From: Atribacterota bacterium | Lineage (GTDB): Bacteria; Atribacterota; Phoenicimicrobiia; Phoenicimicrobiales; Phoenicimicrobiaceae | NCBI GenBank assembly: GCA_038203565.1 | Contig: JBBRDV010000018.1 | Location: 1-21,627 of the forward strand | Direction: 5' to 3' | Length of the DNA stretch: 21,627 nt | Part shown: positions 1 through 8,518 of the stretch, piece after piece | Layout: each line of letters opens with the position of its first letter | Position numbering within the stretch: position 1 is the first letter of the stretch | Translations under genes and position numbers: made by a program | Notes under the pieces: model-generated | Seen by the model: the letters and a program-made list of their open reading frames with translations, nothing else | The model's database searches: none | What the model was told of the DNA's origin: nothing

Positions 1-9
1 TTTTGCCAT
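1..9 (-). CDS. 5' end of a gene running off the window edge (MAK...)
   Basis: Minus strand ATG GCA AAA at 9..1, with AGGAGG at 28..23 upstream. Product cannot be determined. Confidence 0.55.
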
Positions 10-95
10 CTTTTGTTTTCTTCCTCCTAATTTACAAATATATATTTTAAATTAAACAAAGTTCCCTTTAATTATATCAATTTAATTATACCAAT

Positions 96-863
96 TCATT
101 TTTCAATAAATTTATTATAGCCTAACCTTTTAGATATTTCTGTAGCTGCATCGGTAACAATTTTAATAAGTCTTTCCATATTATTTGAATTCAATCTTTG
201 GGTTAATCCGGTTATGGTAATACTGGCTATCGTTTTTCCCTTAATATTTTTTATAGGAGCAGCAATTGCTTTTATTCCTTCTTCAAGTTCTTCATCACAA
301 ATTGCAAAACCCATATTTTTTATTTCCAATAAATGTTCTAATAATTTTTTAGGCTCGGTAATGGTATTTGGAGTATACCTTAAGAGAGGTTCTTTGCTAA
401 TAATTCTTTTAATATCTTCTATCGGCTGATTAGCTAAAATTACTTTTGAACTGGCAGTACAATGAAAAGGCATTTCCCGGCCTATTTCCACAAAAAGATT
501 AGTATTTATATTTTGACTAGAAAAAATTGAATCTATACAAAACCCTTGGTTATTTTTCCAGACAGTTAAAAAAGTAGTTTCTCCCGTTTCATTACAAATC
601 TTTTTCAAAATAGGTTTAGCAATTTGTCTAAGATCAAAAGACCTTAAAAGCGAATTTGAATATTTAAGTAAACGTAACCCCATTCTATACTTTGAAGTAT
701 CTTTTTCTTGCTCAACGATAGAATATTCTAATAAATCTTTTAATATTCTATGAACCGTGCTCTTGGGCAAATTTAATTTTAAACTCAGTTCGGTTATTCC
801 CACGTCTCTATTTACATCACTTAAATAATCTAAAATATCTATTGTTTTTCTTAATGATTTCAT
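96..863 (-). CDS. IclR family transcriptional regulator
   Basis: N-terminal HTH (VGITELSLKLNLPKSTVHRIL); C-terminal IclR signatures (GREMPFHCTASSK; GFAICDEELEEGIKAIAAPI); 255 aa. Confidence 0.95.
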   Translation of the reverse strand: MKSLRKTIDILDYLSDVNRDVGITELSLKLNLPKSTVHRILKDLLEYSIVEQEKDTSKYRMGLRLLKYSNSLLRSFDLRQIAKPILKKICNETGETTFLTVWKNNQGFCIDSIFSSQNINTNLFVEIGREMPFHCTASSKVILANQPIEDIKRIISKEPLLRYTPNTITEPKKLLEHLLEIKNMGFAICDEELEEGIKAIAAPIKNIKGKTIASITITGLTQRLNSNNMERLIKIVTDAATEISKRLGYNKFIEK

Positions 864-886
864 CTGTTCTTAACTTTTTTATATTG

Positions 887-938
887 TTCCATAATATGGA
901 AAAATGTTCCATTTTATAACCTTACTTATACTATACCA
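887..938 (-). promoter_or_regulatory. Putative IclR operator plus extended -10 promoter
   Basis: Palindrome TTCCAT-aat-ATGGAA at 887-901, a second half-site TGTTCCAT at 905-912, and TGgTATAGT on the minus strand at 938..930, all just upstream of the IclR start. Confidence 0.6.
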
Positions 939-1022
939 CACTTTTTTGAAAAATCCTTCTTTTTTTTCAAAAAAAATATATTTTTTTATTTAAATTAATT
1001 TTATCGACTTTTTTAATATAAA

Positions 1023-2075
1023 TTACTCTTCATCGGTAACCGCTTTTAATTTCCTTGGAGCTAAAATCAACCACAATTCATCACCGATATTTAAATTCAT
1101 GCTGGTAAATATCTCCTGAGGCAGCTTTACCTTCAAAGAATTTTTTCCGATTATAACCGTGCAGCAGACCGTAGAAGATGATTCCTCAATTTCAGTTAAT
1201 TTTCCTTGGACCCTGTTTACATCAGGCCCGGGAGGTCTGGTATCAGAAAGATAGATATCTTCCGGTAAAATCGCCACCTTCTTTATTTTCCCTCTTTCAC
1301 TGGAAACTACCAGAGAAATATCACCACATTTTACCTCTATCAACCCAAAACTTAACCTATTACAATAATCACAGGTTAAAATATTAGGTGCCCCAATAAA
1401 ATCATTAACCGCCTCTGTGGGATGAAAAAATATTTCCTTAGGAGACCCTATTTGCTCTACTCTGCCTTTATCAAGCACAGCAATCCTTTCTGCCATTTCT
1501 TCTGCCTCATAAAAATTATGGGTAACATAAATGGTAGTAATGCCCAATTTCTTCTGTAGTATTTTAAATTCAGTCCTGAGATATTTAGAAGTACGATAAT
1601 CCAAACTTTTCATCGGTTCATCAAGAAGTAAAATACGAGGAGAATTAGCTAAGGCTCGGGCTAAAGCCACTCTCTGTTTCTCACCCCCGCTCAATTCTTT
1701 GGGATAACGAGAGGATAAGTGTTTTATCTTCATTATTTGAAGCAGCTCTCCAACTCTTGTCCTTATTTCGTCTTGAGATTGTTTTTGAATTCTCAAACCA
1801 TAGGCAATATTAGCAGCTACATCGAAATGAGGAAACAAATTCAATTCTTGGAATAAGTAACCTATTCTCCTCTTATTAGCGGGCAACCTGTCTATTGGCT
1901 TATTATCAAAAAATACAGACCCCTCATAGTCGACTAACCCGGCAATAACATTTAACAAAGTGCTTTTTCCAGCCCCATTCGGTCCCAATAATACCAATAA
2001 CTCTTTATCAAATATTTCTAAGTTAATATTTTTACAAACATATTTAGAAATATTTTTAAGCTTAATAGATGACAT
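1023..2075 (-). CDS. ABC transporter ATP-binding protein with C-terminal TOBE-like domain
   Basis: Walker A GPNGAGKST, signature LSGGEKQRVALARAL, Walker B LLLDEP, H-loop YVTHN; beta-rich tail ending MNLNIGDELWL. Confidence 0.93.
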   Translation of the reverse strand: MSSIKLKNISKYVCKNINLEIFDKELLVLLGPNGAGKSTLLNVIAGLVDYEGSVFFDNKPIDRLPANKRRIGYLFQELNLFPHFDVAANIAYGLRIQKQSQDEIRTRVGELLQIMKIKHLSSRYPKELSGGEKQRVALARALANSPRILLLDEPMKSLDYRTSKYLRTEFKILQKKLGITTIYVTHNFYEAEEMAERIAVLDKGRVEQIGSPKEIFFHPTEAVNDFIGAPNILTCDYCNRLSFGLIEVKCGDISLVVSSERGKIKKVAILPEDIYLSDTRPPGPDVNRVQGKLTEIEESSSTVCCTVIIGKNSLKVKLPQEIFTSMNLNIGDELWLILAPRKLKAVTDEE

Positions 2076-2076
2076 A

Positions 2077-2838
2077 TTACCTCCATCGATAAGTCAGCTT
2101 CTTTTCTAAGAAAGCAAAGAATTTCTCAAAAGAAAGACACATTATCCCCAAAACCATTAGACAGACTATAATAATGTCTATACGGATAAGGCTCTCGGCC
2201 TTCATCATCAGTGCACCAATCCCGGTAGGGATAGCTACCATCTCTGCCGCTATTATCACTCGCCAGGCCATCCCTGATTCCAATTTCAATCCGGTAAAAA
2301 TATTGGGCAAAGCAAGGGGAATGACCACTGTACTTAAAATTTTTAGGTCAGAAGCACCTAATATCCTGGCCACAAAGATGTAATTTTTGCCTACGTTTTT
2401 AATTCCGGTAACTGTATTATAAAGGATAGGGAAAAAGGAGCAGATAAATATTATAGCAATTGGTAAGATTTCACCAATTCCAAACCATAACATCAATAAA
2501 GGGAGCCAGCCTAAGGCTGGAATAGGATAAATTAGACTGATTATTGGACTTAATGCTTTGTTGGTCACCTCACTCCACCCCATTATAATTCCCATCAATA
2601 GCCCGGCAATAGAGCCGGCAGAAAAACCGATAAGAACTCTAATTAGACTGCTTAGAAAATTAGGCCCTAATACTCCGCTAACGGTTAGATACCAAAATTC
2701 TGTTACTACAGTAGAAAAGGGAGGAAAGAAAAAATGACCAGAGATTAAGTTTATGCGAGCAATTATCTCCCATATTCCCAGAAATATAATAATGGGGATT
2801 ATCTCCCATTTTAATTTAAATATTTTATATCTTTTCAT
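2077..2838 (-). CDS. ABC transporter permease, NitT/TauT (SsuC/TauC-like) family
   Basis: PIPALGWLPLLMLWFGIGE, FFPILYNTVTG, VIPLALPNIFTGLK, AWRVIIAAEM; overlaps the SBP gene by ATGA. Confidence 0.92.
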   Translation of the reverse strand: MKRYKIFKLKWEIIPIIIFLGIWEIIARINLISGHFFFPPFSTVVTEFWYLTVSGVLGPNFLSSLIRVLIGFSAGSIAGLLMGIIMGWSEVTNKALSPIISLIYPIPALGWLPLLMLWFGIGEILPIAIIFICSFFPILYNTVTGIKNVGKNYIFVARILGASDLKILSTVVIPLALPNIFTGLKLESGMAWRVIIAAEMVAIPTGIGALMMKAESLIRIDIIIVCLMVLGIMCLSFEKFFAFLEKKLTYRWR

Positions 2839-3839
2839 TCCTCTATAAAACTCAAATCTAAAATATCTCCCGCATTAAAGCTGCTCTTAATGTAACCTAA
2901 TTGAGCGACATAATCTATTGCTTCCTGAACTACCACGGGGTCAATATCGGTAGTGTATTCTAACCTATTCATAGACTTTAATAAAACCTCAGCAGTAATT
3001 TCTATCTTAGAAACCAGGTCAGCATCCTCAACTGGAAAAAGACTTCCACCGGCTTTCTGTAATTGCCGAGCCATAACTTCTGCAGCTTCCTGAGGATGTT
3101 GATTAATCCAATCGGTCGCCTTTTGTGATATCTTTACTAATTTTTCAACGACCTCAGGATGATTCTTTATCAATTCTTCCTTTACCACCAGAACACTCCC
3201 TTGCATTCCAGGCCAGACCTCCTGGCTCATCAACAACATACTAAAACCAAATTCCTCAGCCATAGTAGACCATTGTTCGGGTAGAAAAGCAGCGTCTAAT
3301 TGCCCTGATTGAATAGCTAAAATTTGTTTTGGTGGACTCATTCGACGGATATTACTTATTATTTTTTCTTCCTTTAAATTATATTTATCTATAATTTTGT
3401 GAAGAAGTACATCTACTGCCCCACCTTCTCTAACACACCCAAGGCGAATATCTGGCTTTTCTAAATCCTGAATTGTTTTTACTTTATCAGGATTAACTAC
3501 TAAACCATAACCATATTTATGGGTCCCCGCAATTATCTTTATTGGTACTTTAGCATTAGCAAAGACATCTATAGCCGGCACCAGACACATATAGGCAACC
3601 TGAATATCTCCCCGAGCTAAAGCAGCAGCTAAAGCCATACCAGTCTCATAACTCTCATAAGTAGTTAAGTTGAGCCCTTCTTCTTTAAACCAACCTTTAT
3701 CCTGGCTTATATAGGCACAAGCGGCATGGTCCGTAAATTCTACCGCCATACCCAGAGGAGTCTCTTCTTGTGCGGCACCTTCGCCCAAGGAAATCAAGAT
3801 TAAAAATCCTATTAATAATAAAACAAATAATTTCTTCAT
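2835..3839 (-). CDS. ABC transporter substrate-binding protein, NitT/TauT (SsuA-like) family
   Basis: Signal peptide; DKGWFKEEGL, ALARGDIQVA, SGQLDAAFLPEQW, KATDWINQHPQEAAE; AGGAGG upstream. Confidence 0.9.
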   Translation of the reverse strand: MKKLFVLLLIGFLILISLGEGAAQEETPLGMAVEFTDHAACAYISQDKGWFKEEGLNLTTYESYETGMALAAALARGDIQVAYMCLVPAIDVFANAKVPIKIIAGTHKYGYGLVVNPDKVKTIQDLEKPDIRLGCVREGGAVDVLLHKIIDKYNLKEEKIISNIRRMSPPKQILAIQSGQLDAAFLPEQWSTMAEEFGFSMLLMSQEVWPGMQGSVLVVKEELIKNHPEVVEKLVKISQKATDWINQHPQEAAEVMARQLQKAGGSLFPVEDADLVSKIEITAEVLLKSMNRLEYTTDIDPVVVQEAIDYVAQLGYIKSSFNAGDILDLSFIEE

Positions 3840-3879
3840 TTATATATATCCTCCTAATTTCTGGTAATATCAAAAACTT

Positions 3880-4605
3880 CTAATGGCCACAAAAACAATA
3901 TTGTTCATAGCCATTTAGATAAGCAAGGCCAGTAATGGTAACTCCATAAAAGATAATCGGCTTATTTAGTAAGAGTGAAGATAAGGTATTATTAACTGCA
4001 GTGGTTCCAGTAGCAATAATTAGATCAGCCCAGTTTATGATTTCTTTGGTGTAAGAAACATCCTCTATTAATACCCCACATTTTTTTTGCCCCACGTTAT
4101 CTAGATCTAAATCTACTACTCTAATTTCAAATTGAGATACTAAGGCCTCAAGCATCGCCGGCTGCATTCCAATAAAAGCAATACGGGGATTACTAAAACG
4201 CTCTTGGATATAATCTACCAGGTGAGCAGCACAATCTCCTGGTTCTTTATCTCGGCAGTGAACTGTCTTAGAAATATAATGTAGGTATCGCAAAACAGCA
4301 TTTAAAGTAGAAACAAAAACGGCTCTCTCAAAATTATTATCTAAGGACATATCGAAAATATCCTTCAGGGTACCACTATAATTTCCCGGCATATCAGTAA
4401 AGGCTTGACCTAAACTTCCTTTAAAATTTGCTTGAATCATTACTTCTTTTCCCTTTAATAAAGGAAAGTCATCTCTTTCTGGCTTTCCGATTACCTCTTG
4501 TGGTGTTAATGGTCTAGCACTTACTATTTGTACTTTTAAAGACATTAGGTTTTTATCTTTAATTAGATTAAAAAATCTTTCTTTTATATCCTCATAAAAA
4601 TCCAT
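3880..4605 (-). CDS. DUF364 / Rossmann-like putative heavy-metal chelation protein
   Basis: DFPLLKGKEVMIQA, GQAFTD, NAVLRYL..TVHCRD..P..CA, ADLIIATGTTAVN, C-terminal YCFCGH. Start moved from 4668 to ATG 4605, which follows AGGAGAGG. Confidence 0.75.
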   Translation of the reverse strand: MDFYEDIKERFFNLIKDKNLMSLKVQIVSARPLTPQEVIGKPERDDFPLLKGKEVMIQANFKGSLGQAFTDMPGNYSGTLKDIFDMSLDNNFERAVFVSTLNAVLRYLHYISKTVHCRDKEPGDCAAHLVDYIQERFSNPRIAFIGMQPAMLEALVSQFEIRVVDLDLDNVGQKKCGVLIEDVSYTKEIINWADLIIATGTTAVNNTLSSLLLNKPIIFYGVTITGLAYLNGYEQYCFCGH

Positions 4606-4627
4606 TTTTTTCCCTCTCCTTTTTATT

Positions 4628-5647
4628 TCACCGACAGAAAAAACAATTGGGATAACGACAAACTTCACAGTTTAAACAAAATCCACCTTCTCCCATTATT
4701 ATAAAATCTTCTTTAGTTAAAATTTCTCCAATAAAAATCCGAGGCAATACCACATCTAAAATAGTAGTTTTATGATACATAGCACAACCGGGTACCCCTA
4801 ATAAGACAGTCTCCCCCAGGTAAGCCATCATAAACATATTTCCCGGTTGAACCGGAATACCATAAGTTACTACTTTTGCCCCGCTCTCTCTTATCGCCCC
4901 GGGAGTAAGGTCATCAGGGTCTATGGACATCCCGCCAGTCAGTATTATTAAATCAGCTTCTTGCTGTTTATAATGTAAAATTGCCTTTTTAATCTCTTCT
5001 ATATTATCCGGACAAAAAGTTTGGCCAAGATATTGGGTTTGAAAAAATTCTAATTTTTTACTCACTACTGGACCAAATTTATCTTGAATTCTTTTTTTAT
5101 ATATTTCATTACCAGTAGTTATCTGGGCAGCTTTTAATTTTTTATATTTTTTAATTTCAAAGACCTTCCCTTTTTTCTGACATAAATCTTCCATCTGAAT
5201 TAAATTTTTTTCTTTGGTAGTCAGGGGAATAATCCTTACCCCCGCTAATCTTTGACCTCTTTCAACAATAAAATTCTGCGGAAGAGAAGCTATGGAAATA
5301 TCTTTAATAGAGTTTAATTGATATAAAAGTTTAGAATTAATCTTTAACAATCCTCTCTCTTTCGATTTTAAAGTAGATTTCCCTTCTTTAGGTTCATCAT
5401 ACTCTATATTCTCCCCTGAGATTGCTCGGGCTATACGAAGGGCTGCCTCATCCTCATGAATTTCGCCGGCTTTCGGTTCCCATATATATATCTGTTCTTT
5501 CCCTAATTCCAATAATTTTCCTACATCTTCTTTTTGGATAATATGTCCTTTCTTAAAGGCCCTTCCTTTAAATTTTCCCGGGACAATTTGGGTAATATCA
5601 TGACACAAAATCATCCCTACCGCTTTTTCAACCACTATCTTTTTCAT
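4628..5647 (-). CDS. Molybdopterin-binding protein (MoeA/CinA-like MoCF_biosynth domain) with C-terminal Cys cluster
   Basis: AVGMILCHDITQI, IHEDEAA, ITTGNEI, TGGMSIDPDDLTPGAI, YGIPVQPGNMF, tail GGFCLNCEVCRYPNC. Confidence 0.88.
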   Translation of the reverse strand: MKKIVVEKAVGMILCHDITQIVPGKFKGRAFKKGHIIQKEDVGKLLELGKEQIYIWEPKAGEIHEDEAALRIARAISGENIEYDEPKEGKSTLKSKERGLLKINSKLLYQLNSIKDISIASLPQNFIVERGQRLAGVRIIPLTTKEKNLIQMEDLCQKKGKVFEIKKYKKLKAAQITTGNEIYKKRIQDKFGPVVSKKLEFFQTQYLGQTFCPDNIEEIKKAILHYKQQEADLIILTGGMSIDPDDLTPGAIRESGAKVVTYGIPVQPGNMFMMAYLGETVLLGVPGCAMYHKTTILDVVLPRIFIGEILTKEDFIIMGEGGFCLNCEVCRYPNCFFCR

Positions 5648-5733
5648 AATATTTTAAATAACACCCCCACCTTTAATCTCTTTCCCATTTATACAGCTTT
5701 AAAAATTATCTATCCTAAGAAGTCTTATTTTAT

Positions 5734-5757
5734 GGTTATACTTTTATTTGTATAACC
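5734..5757. promoter_or_regulatory. ModE-type operator upstream of the molybdopterin-binding/DUF364/ABC operon
   Basis: GGTTATAC-N8-GTATAACC, i.e. GTTAT-N12-ATAAC, the spacing known for ModE boxes; modE gene is adjacent. Confidence 0.72.
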
Positions 5758-5780
5758 TAAAAACAAAAAAATTATCTTTC

Positions 5781-6113
5781 TTAAAACACTTCTTTATAAA
5801 GCAAATTTAAACTCTCTTGAGCTTTATGGCGAAATATTTCAAATTTCATCATCAAATCTCTGGCCTGCTCAGTAAGTTGTGACCCTCCACCACCTTCTCC
5901 TCCTATCTTCCTTTCTAATAACTTAAATCCTAATCTCTCCTCTAAATCTTTTATTAAATTCCAGGCCTGAGAATAGGACATATTTATTTCTGCTGCTGCC
6001 TGTCTTAACGAGCCAGTCCTTTCTACCCGATGAAGAATATCTAAAGGTCCATCACCAAAGACCTTCTCTCCATCTTTTTCTATCCATATTTTGTAATTCA
6101 ATTTCAATATCAT
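5781..6113 (-). CDS. modE: ModE family transcriptional regulator (stand-alone N-terminal wHTH, no TOBE domain)
   Basis: KIWIEKDGEKVFGDG, GSLRQAAAEINMSYSQAW, LLERKIGGEGGGGSQLT. Start is ATG 6113 or TTG 6107 after AGGAAGTGA; the 6182 start in the ORF track lies inside a hairpin. Confidence 0.88.
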   Translation of the reverse strand: MILKLNYKIWIEKDGEKVFGDGPLDILHRVERTGSLRQAAAEINMSYSQAWNLIKDLEERLGFKLLERKIGGEGGGGSQLTEQARDLMMKFEIFRHKAQESLNLLYKEVF

Positions 6114-6160
6114 CACTTCCTGTAATTTAACCTTAATATTATTATAGCTGGGTTTCTTTA

Positions 6161-6205
6161 AATAATATGCAGGGGCAGACACAAGGTCTGCCCCTGCATA
6201 TTATT
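6161..6205. repeat. Perfect 20-bp inverted repeat, REP-like; probable terminator after xdhC
   Basis: AATAATATGCAGGGGCAGAC-acaag-GTCTGCCCCTGCATATTATT, 16 nt beyond the xdhC stop. Confidence 0.85.
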
Positions 6206-6221
6206 CATTACATATTACATT

Positions 6222-7010
6222 TTACTTTTTAGTATATTTTTTTCTTCTCACCTGAATAATCTCAGCTACAATGCTTACCGCGATCTCCTCAGGAGTTTGA
6301 GCATTTATACCAATTCCGATAGGAGCATGAACTTTGTCCAGCTCTTCTTTTAATACTCCCTGTTCTTCTAAATATTGAAAGACAGTTGCGTTTTTCTTAC
6401 GACTACCAATCATCCCTATATAGGCAGCACTTGACCTGATAACCGAAGCTAAAACTTCTTTATCTTTTAAATGCCCTCTGGTCACTATAATGATATAGGT
6501 GAAAGGAGCTATCTTCAGATGAGTTAAGGCTTTTTCTATGTCTTCTGCTATTATTTCATCTGCTTCCGGAAATCTTTCTTGATTAGCAAACTCTTTTCGG
6601 TCGTCGATAATAGTCACCTTAAACCCTATCATTTTCATTAATTTAGAAACATAAACCGCAATATGGCCTGCCCCAAAAATTAATACTTCTTCTTTTGGTT
6701 GCAGGATATCTATAAATATTTTCATATCCCCACCACAAATAGCTCCTTCATCCAAGGCAGCCTCTTCTTTGGTTAAATGATAAGTAAGGAACCGTCCCTT
6801 TCCCTCCCTTAGGGCCTGTTGTGCCTCTTCAATTACTCTGGCTTCGGTTATCCCGCCTCCTATAGTACCAGCTATTGAACTATCCTTATTCACTAACATC
6901 TTTGCACCTACTTCCCTTGGTGTTGACCCCTTGGTCTCTATTACGGTAACCAAAGCAATGGTTTCCCCGCTATTTACTCTCTTTAAAGCTTCTCTTAAAA
7001 TTTCAGTCAT
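6222..7010 (-). CDS. xdhC: XdhC/CoxI family xanthine dehydrogenase accessory factor
   Basis: GSTPREVGAKMLV, GTIGGG, ICGG, IFGAGHIA, VTRGHLKD, YIGMIGSRKK, APIG..TPEEIAVSIVAEI. Confidence 0.93.
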   Translation of the reverse strand: MTEILREALKRVNSGETIALVTVIETKGSTPREVGAKMLVNKDSSIAGTIGGGITEARVIEEAQQALREGKGRFLTYHLTKEEAALDEGAICGGDMKIFIDILQPKEEVLIFGAGHIAVYVSKLMKMIGFKVTIIDDRKEFANQERFPEADEIIAEDIEKALTHLKIAPFTYIIIVTRGHLKDKEVLASVIRSSAAYIGMIGSRKKNATVFQYLEEQGVLKEELDKVHAPIGIGINAQTPEEIAVSIVAEIIQVRRKKYTKK

Positions 7011-7051
7011 CTCTCCCCTCTCCTTTGATAAAATTTTATCTTATAATCTAA

Positions 7052-7077
7052 TCGTTATTCTAATATAAATATAACGA
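7052..7077. promoter_or_regulatory. ModE-type operator upstream of xdhC
   Basis: TCGTTAT-N12-ATAACGA palindrome in the yqeB-xdhC gap; same spacing as the 5734 box. Confidence 0.75.
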
Positions 7078-7100
7078 AATGTAAAAAATTTTTTACTTTA

Positions 7101-7898
7101 TTATCTTTTATTCAGATAAGTGCAGATTGCCTCTAAAACTGCTCCCCCTAAGGAACGAGCTTTATCAGAAACCGTAAAGCAGTATTCTCTTATCCCTCGG
7201 GGGTCAATATCTCCTATTTTCATACCTCTTGCAACCCAACTTTGAGGATAAATTAATCCTCGCAGGACACCGGATATTTCTGCTTTCAGAGGAATTCCCT
7301 CAACCTCTGCAATTAGCTCTCCTTCTTTAACCAGATCGCCTATTTTATGTAAGGGAATAATTTTACCATCAGCCGGAGCTCGTAACAGTCTTCTCTTCGA
7401 TTCTCCCCCTACTTCTCCAGGCACACCGGTATCAGGTACAGCCTGTCCTTGATAGTAAACTCTCCCCAGGTTATGTCCTCGCTCAGTTTCTATTACTACA
7501 TCAACATCTTCCCCGGCAGTAAATCCCGGTCCTAAGCCAATGACCAGTGGTGCCTGGTCTATGGCAGTTCCCAAATTACGTTTAGCTAAAATCGCATCTA
7601 CCAAGACAGCAGGAGAAAGTTTTTCAATACAGTAACCTTTCGGGTCTACCAAAACCGGGACTTTCCCCTGTTTAATGACATCTTCCGCTTTTTCCCAGGA
7701 AGGAATCAAAACAGCTTCCATCTCTTCTACCATAGCTTCACCTTCGTAAACTGCTCGAGCAAAGGAAACAGGGAGACGGATAACCGTAGGATGTTCTACT
7801 TCTAAAATCATTACGAAAAACCCGGCTCGAAAAAGTCTCACCGCCACACCGGTAGCCAGATCTCCTCCTCCTCGGATAATTACTAACATATTGTTCAT
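7101..7898 (-). CDS. yqeB: Selenium-dependent molybdenum hydroxylase system protein YqeB (EF2563 family)
   Basis: IIRGGGDLATGVA, VDAILAKRNLGT, IGLGPGFTAG, IETERGHNLGR, GMKIGDIDPRG, SDKARSLGGAVLEAI. Confidence 0.93.
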   Translation of the reverse strand: MNNMLVIIRGGGDLATGVAVRLFRAGFFVMILEVEHPTVIRLPVSFARAVYEGEAMVEEMEAVLIPSWEKAEDVIKQGKVPVLVDPKGYCIEKLSPAVLVDAILAKRNLGTAIDQAPLVIGLGPGFTAGEDVDVVIETERGHNLGRVYYQGQAVPDTGVPGEVGGESKRRLLRAPADGKIIPLHKIGDLVKEGELIAEVEGIPLKAEISGVLRGLIYPQSWVARGMKIGDIDPRGIREYCFTVSDKARSLGGAVLEAICTYLNKR

Positions 7899-7903
7899 CT
7901 TAT

Positions 7904-8518
7904 TTAAATCTTTCCTCTTTTATGAAGAGAGTTAAAGATACCTTTTATCTTCTCGTAATCTTCTTCCCGGTCAATATCTAATAATATGGACTCATCTGAT
8001 ATTTTAAACCTTTTTATTCTCTCAGGATGAGCTTTAATTAAAACTCTCCCTCCTACATCACCGGAAAGTTTCATCAACTCATCCTTCCAATAACCATCAA
8101 AAAACACCGGATTTCCTTGCTTATCTTTATAAAAAGGAACTACTATCTCTCTTTTACCCGGAGTAAAAACTTTAAGCATCTTATATAATATAGAGGGATT
8201 AATTAAGGGTTGATCACCTAAAAGAATAAAAAATCCCTCTACCACCTCAGAAGAAATCTGATAAAGTGCTTTTCTTATAGAACTGCTCATCCCAGACCTG
8301 TATTCAGGATTAAGCACAATTTCAGCTCCCCACTTCTCACCTGTCTTAATCATTTCTTTATCCTCAGGGCGAACCACTAAAAAATATTTATCTAAAGGAG
8401 TTAACTTTGCTGCTTGCAATACCCATTCTATCAGCTGTTTATCACCCAGAGGAAGAGTTAATTTTACTTTCCCCATCCTTTTACCTTCCCCTGCCGCTAA
8501 AATTATTCCGTAAATCAC
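7904..8518 (-). CDS. mocA: Molybdenum cofactor cytidylyltransferase (MocA/YgfJ)
   Basis: IILAAGEGKRMG..KL, NPEYRSGMSSSI, LGDQP, GNPVFF, LSGDVGGR, DID; GTG start overlapping the yqeC stop. Confidence 0.9.
   Translation of the reverse strand: MIYGIILAAGEGKRMGKVKLTLPLGDKQLIEWVLQAAKLTPLDKYFLVVRPEDKEMIKTGEKWGAEIVLNPEYRSGMSSSIRKALYQISSEVVEGFFILLGDQPLINPSILYKMLKVFTPGKREIVVPFYKDKQGNPVFFDGYWKDELMKLSGDVGGRVLIKAHPERIKRFKISDESILLDIDREEDYEKIKGIFNSLHKRGKI

Noticed and set aside
4620..4660. TGA after the Cys-rich tail of the molybdopterin-binding protein as a possible selenocysteine codon
   Set aside because: No SECIS-like hairpin follows, readthrough would run into the next gene's RBS, and the protein appears complete.
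5648..5780. Possible Moco/Wco riboswitch upstream of the Mo operon
   Set aside because: The region is AT-rich with no multi-stem structure; the only signal is a DNA palindrome better explained as a ModE box.
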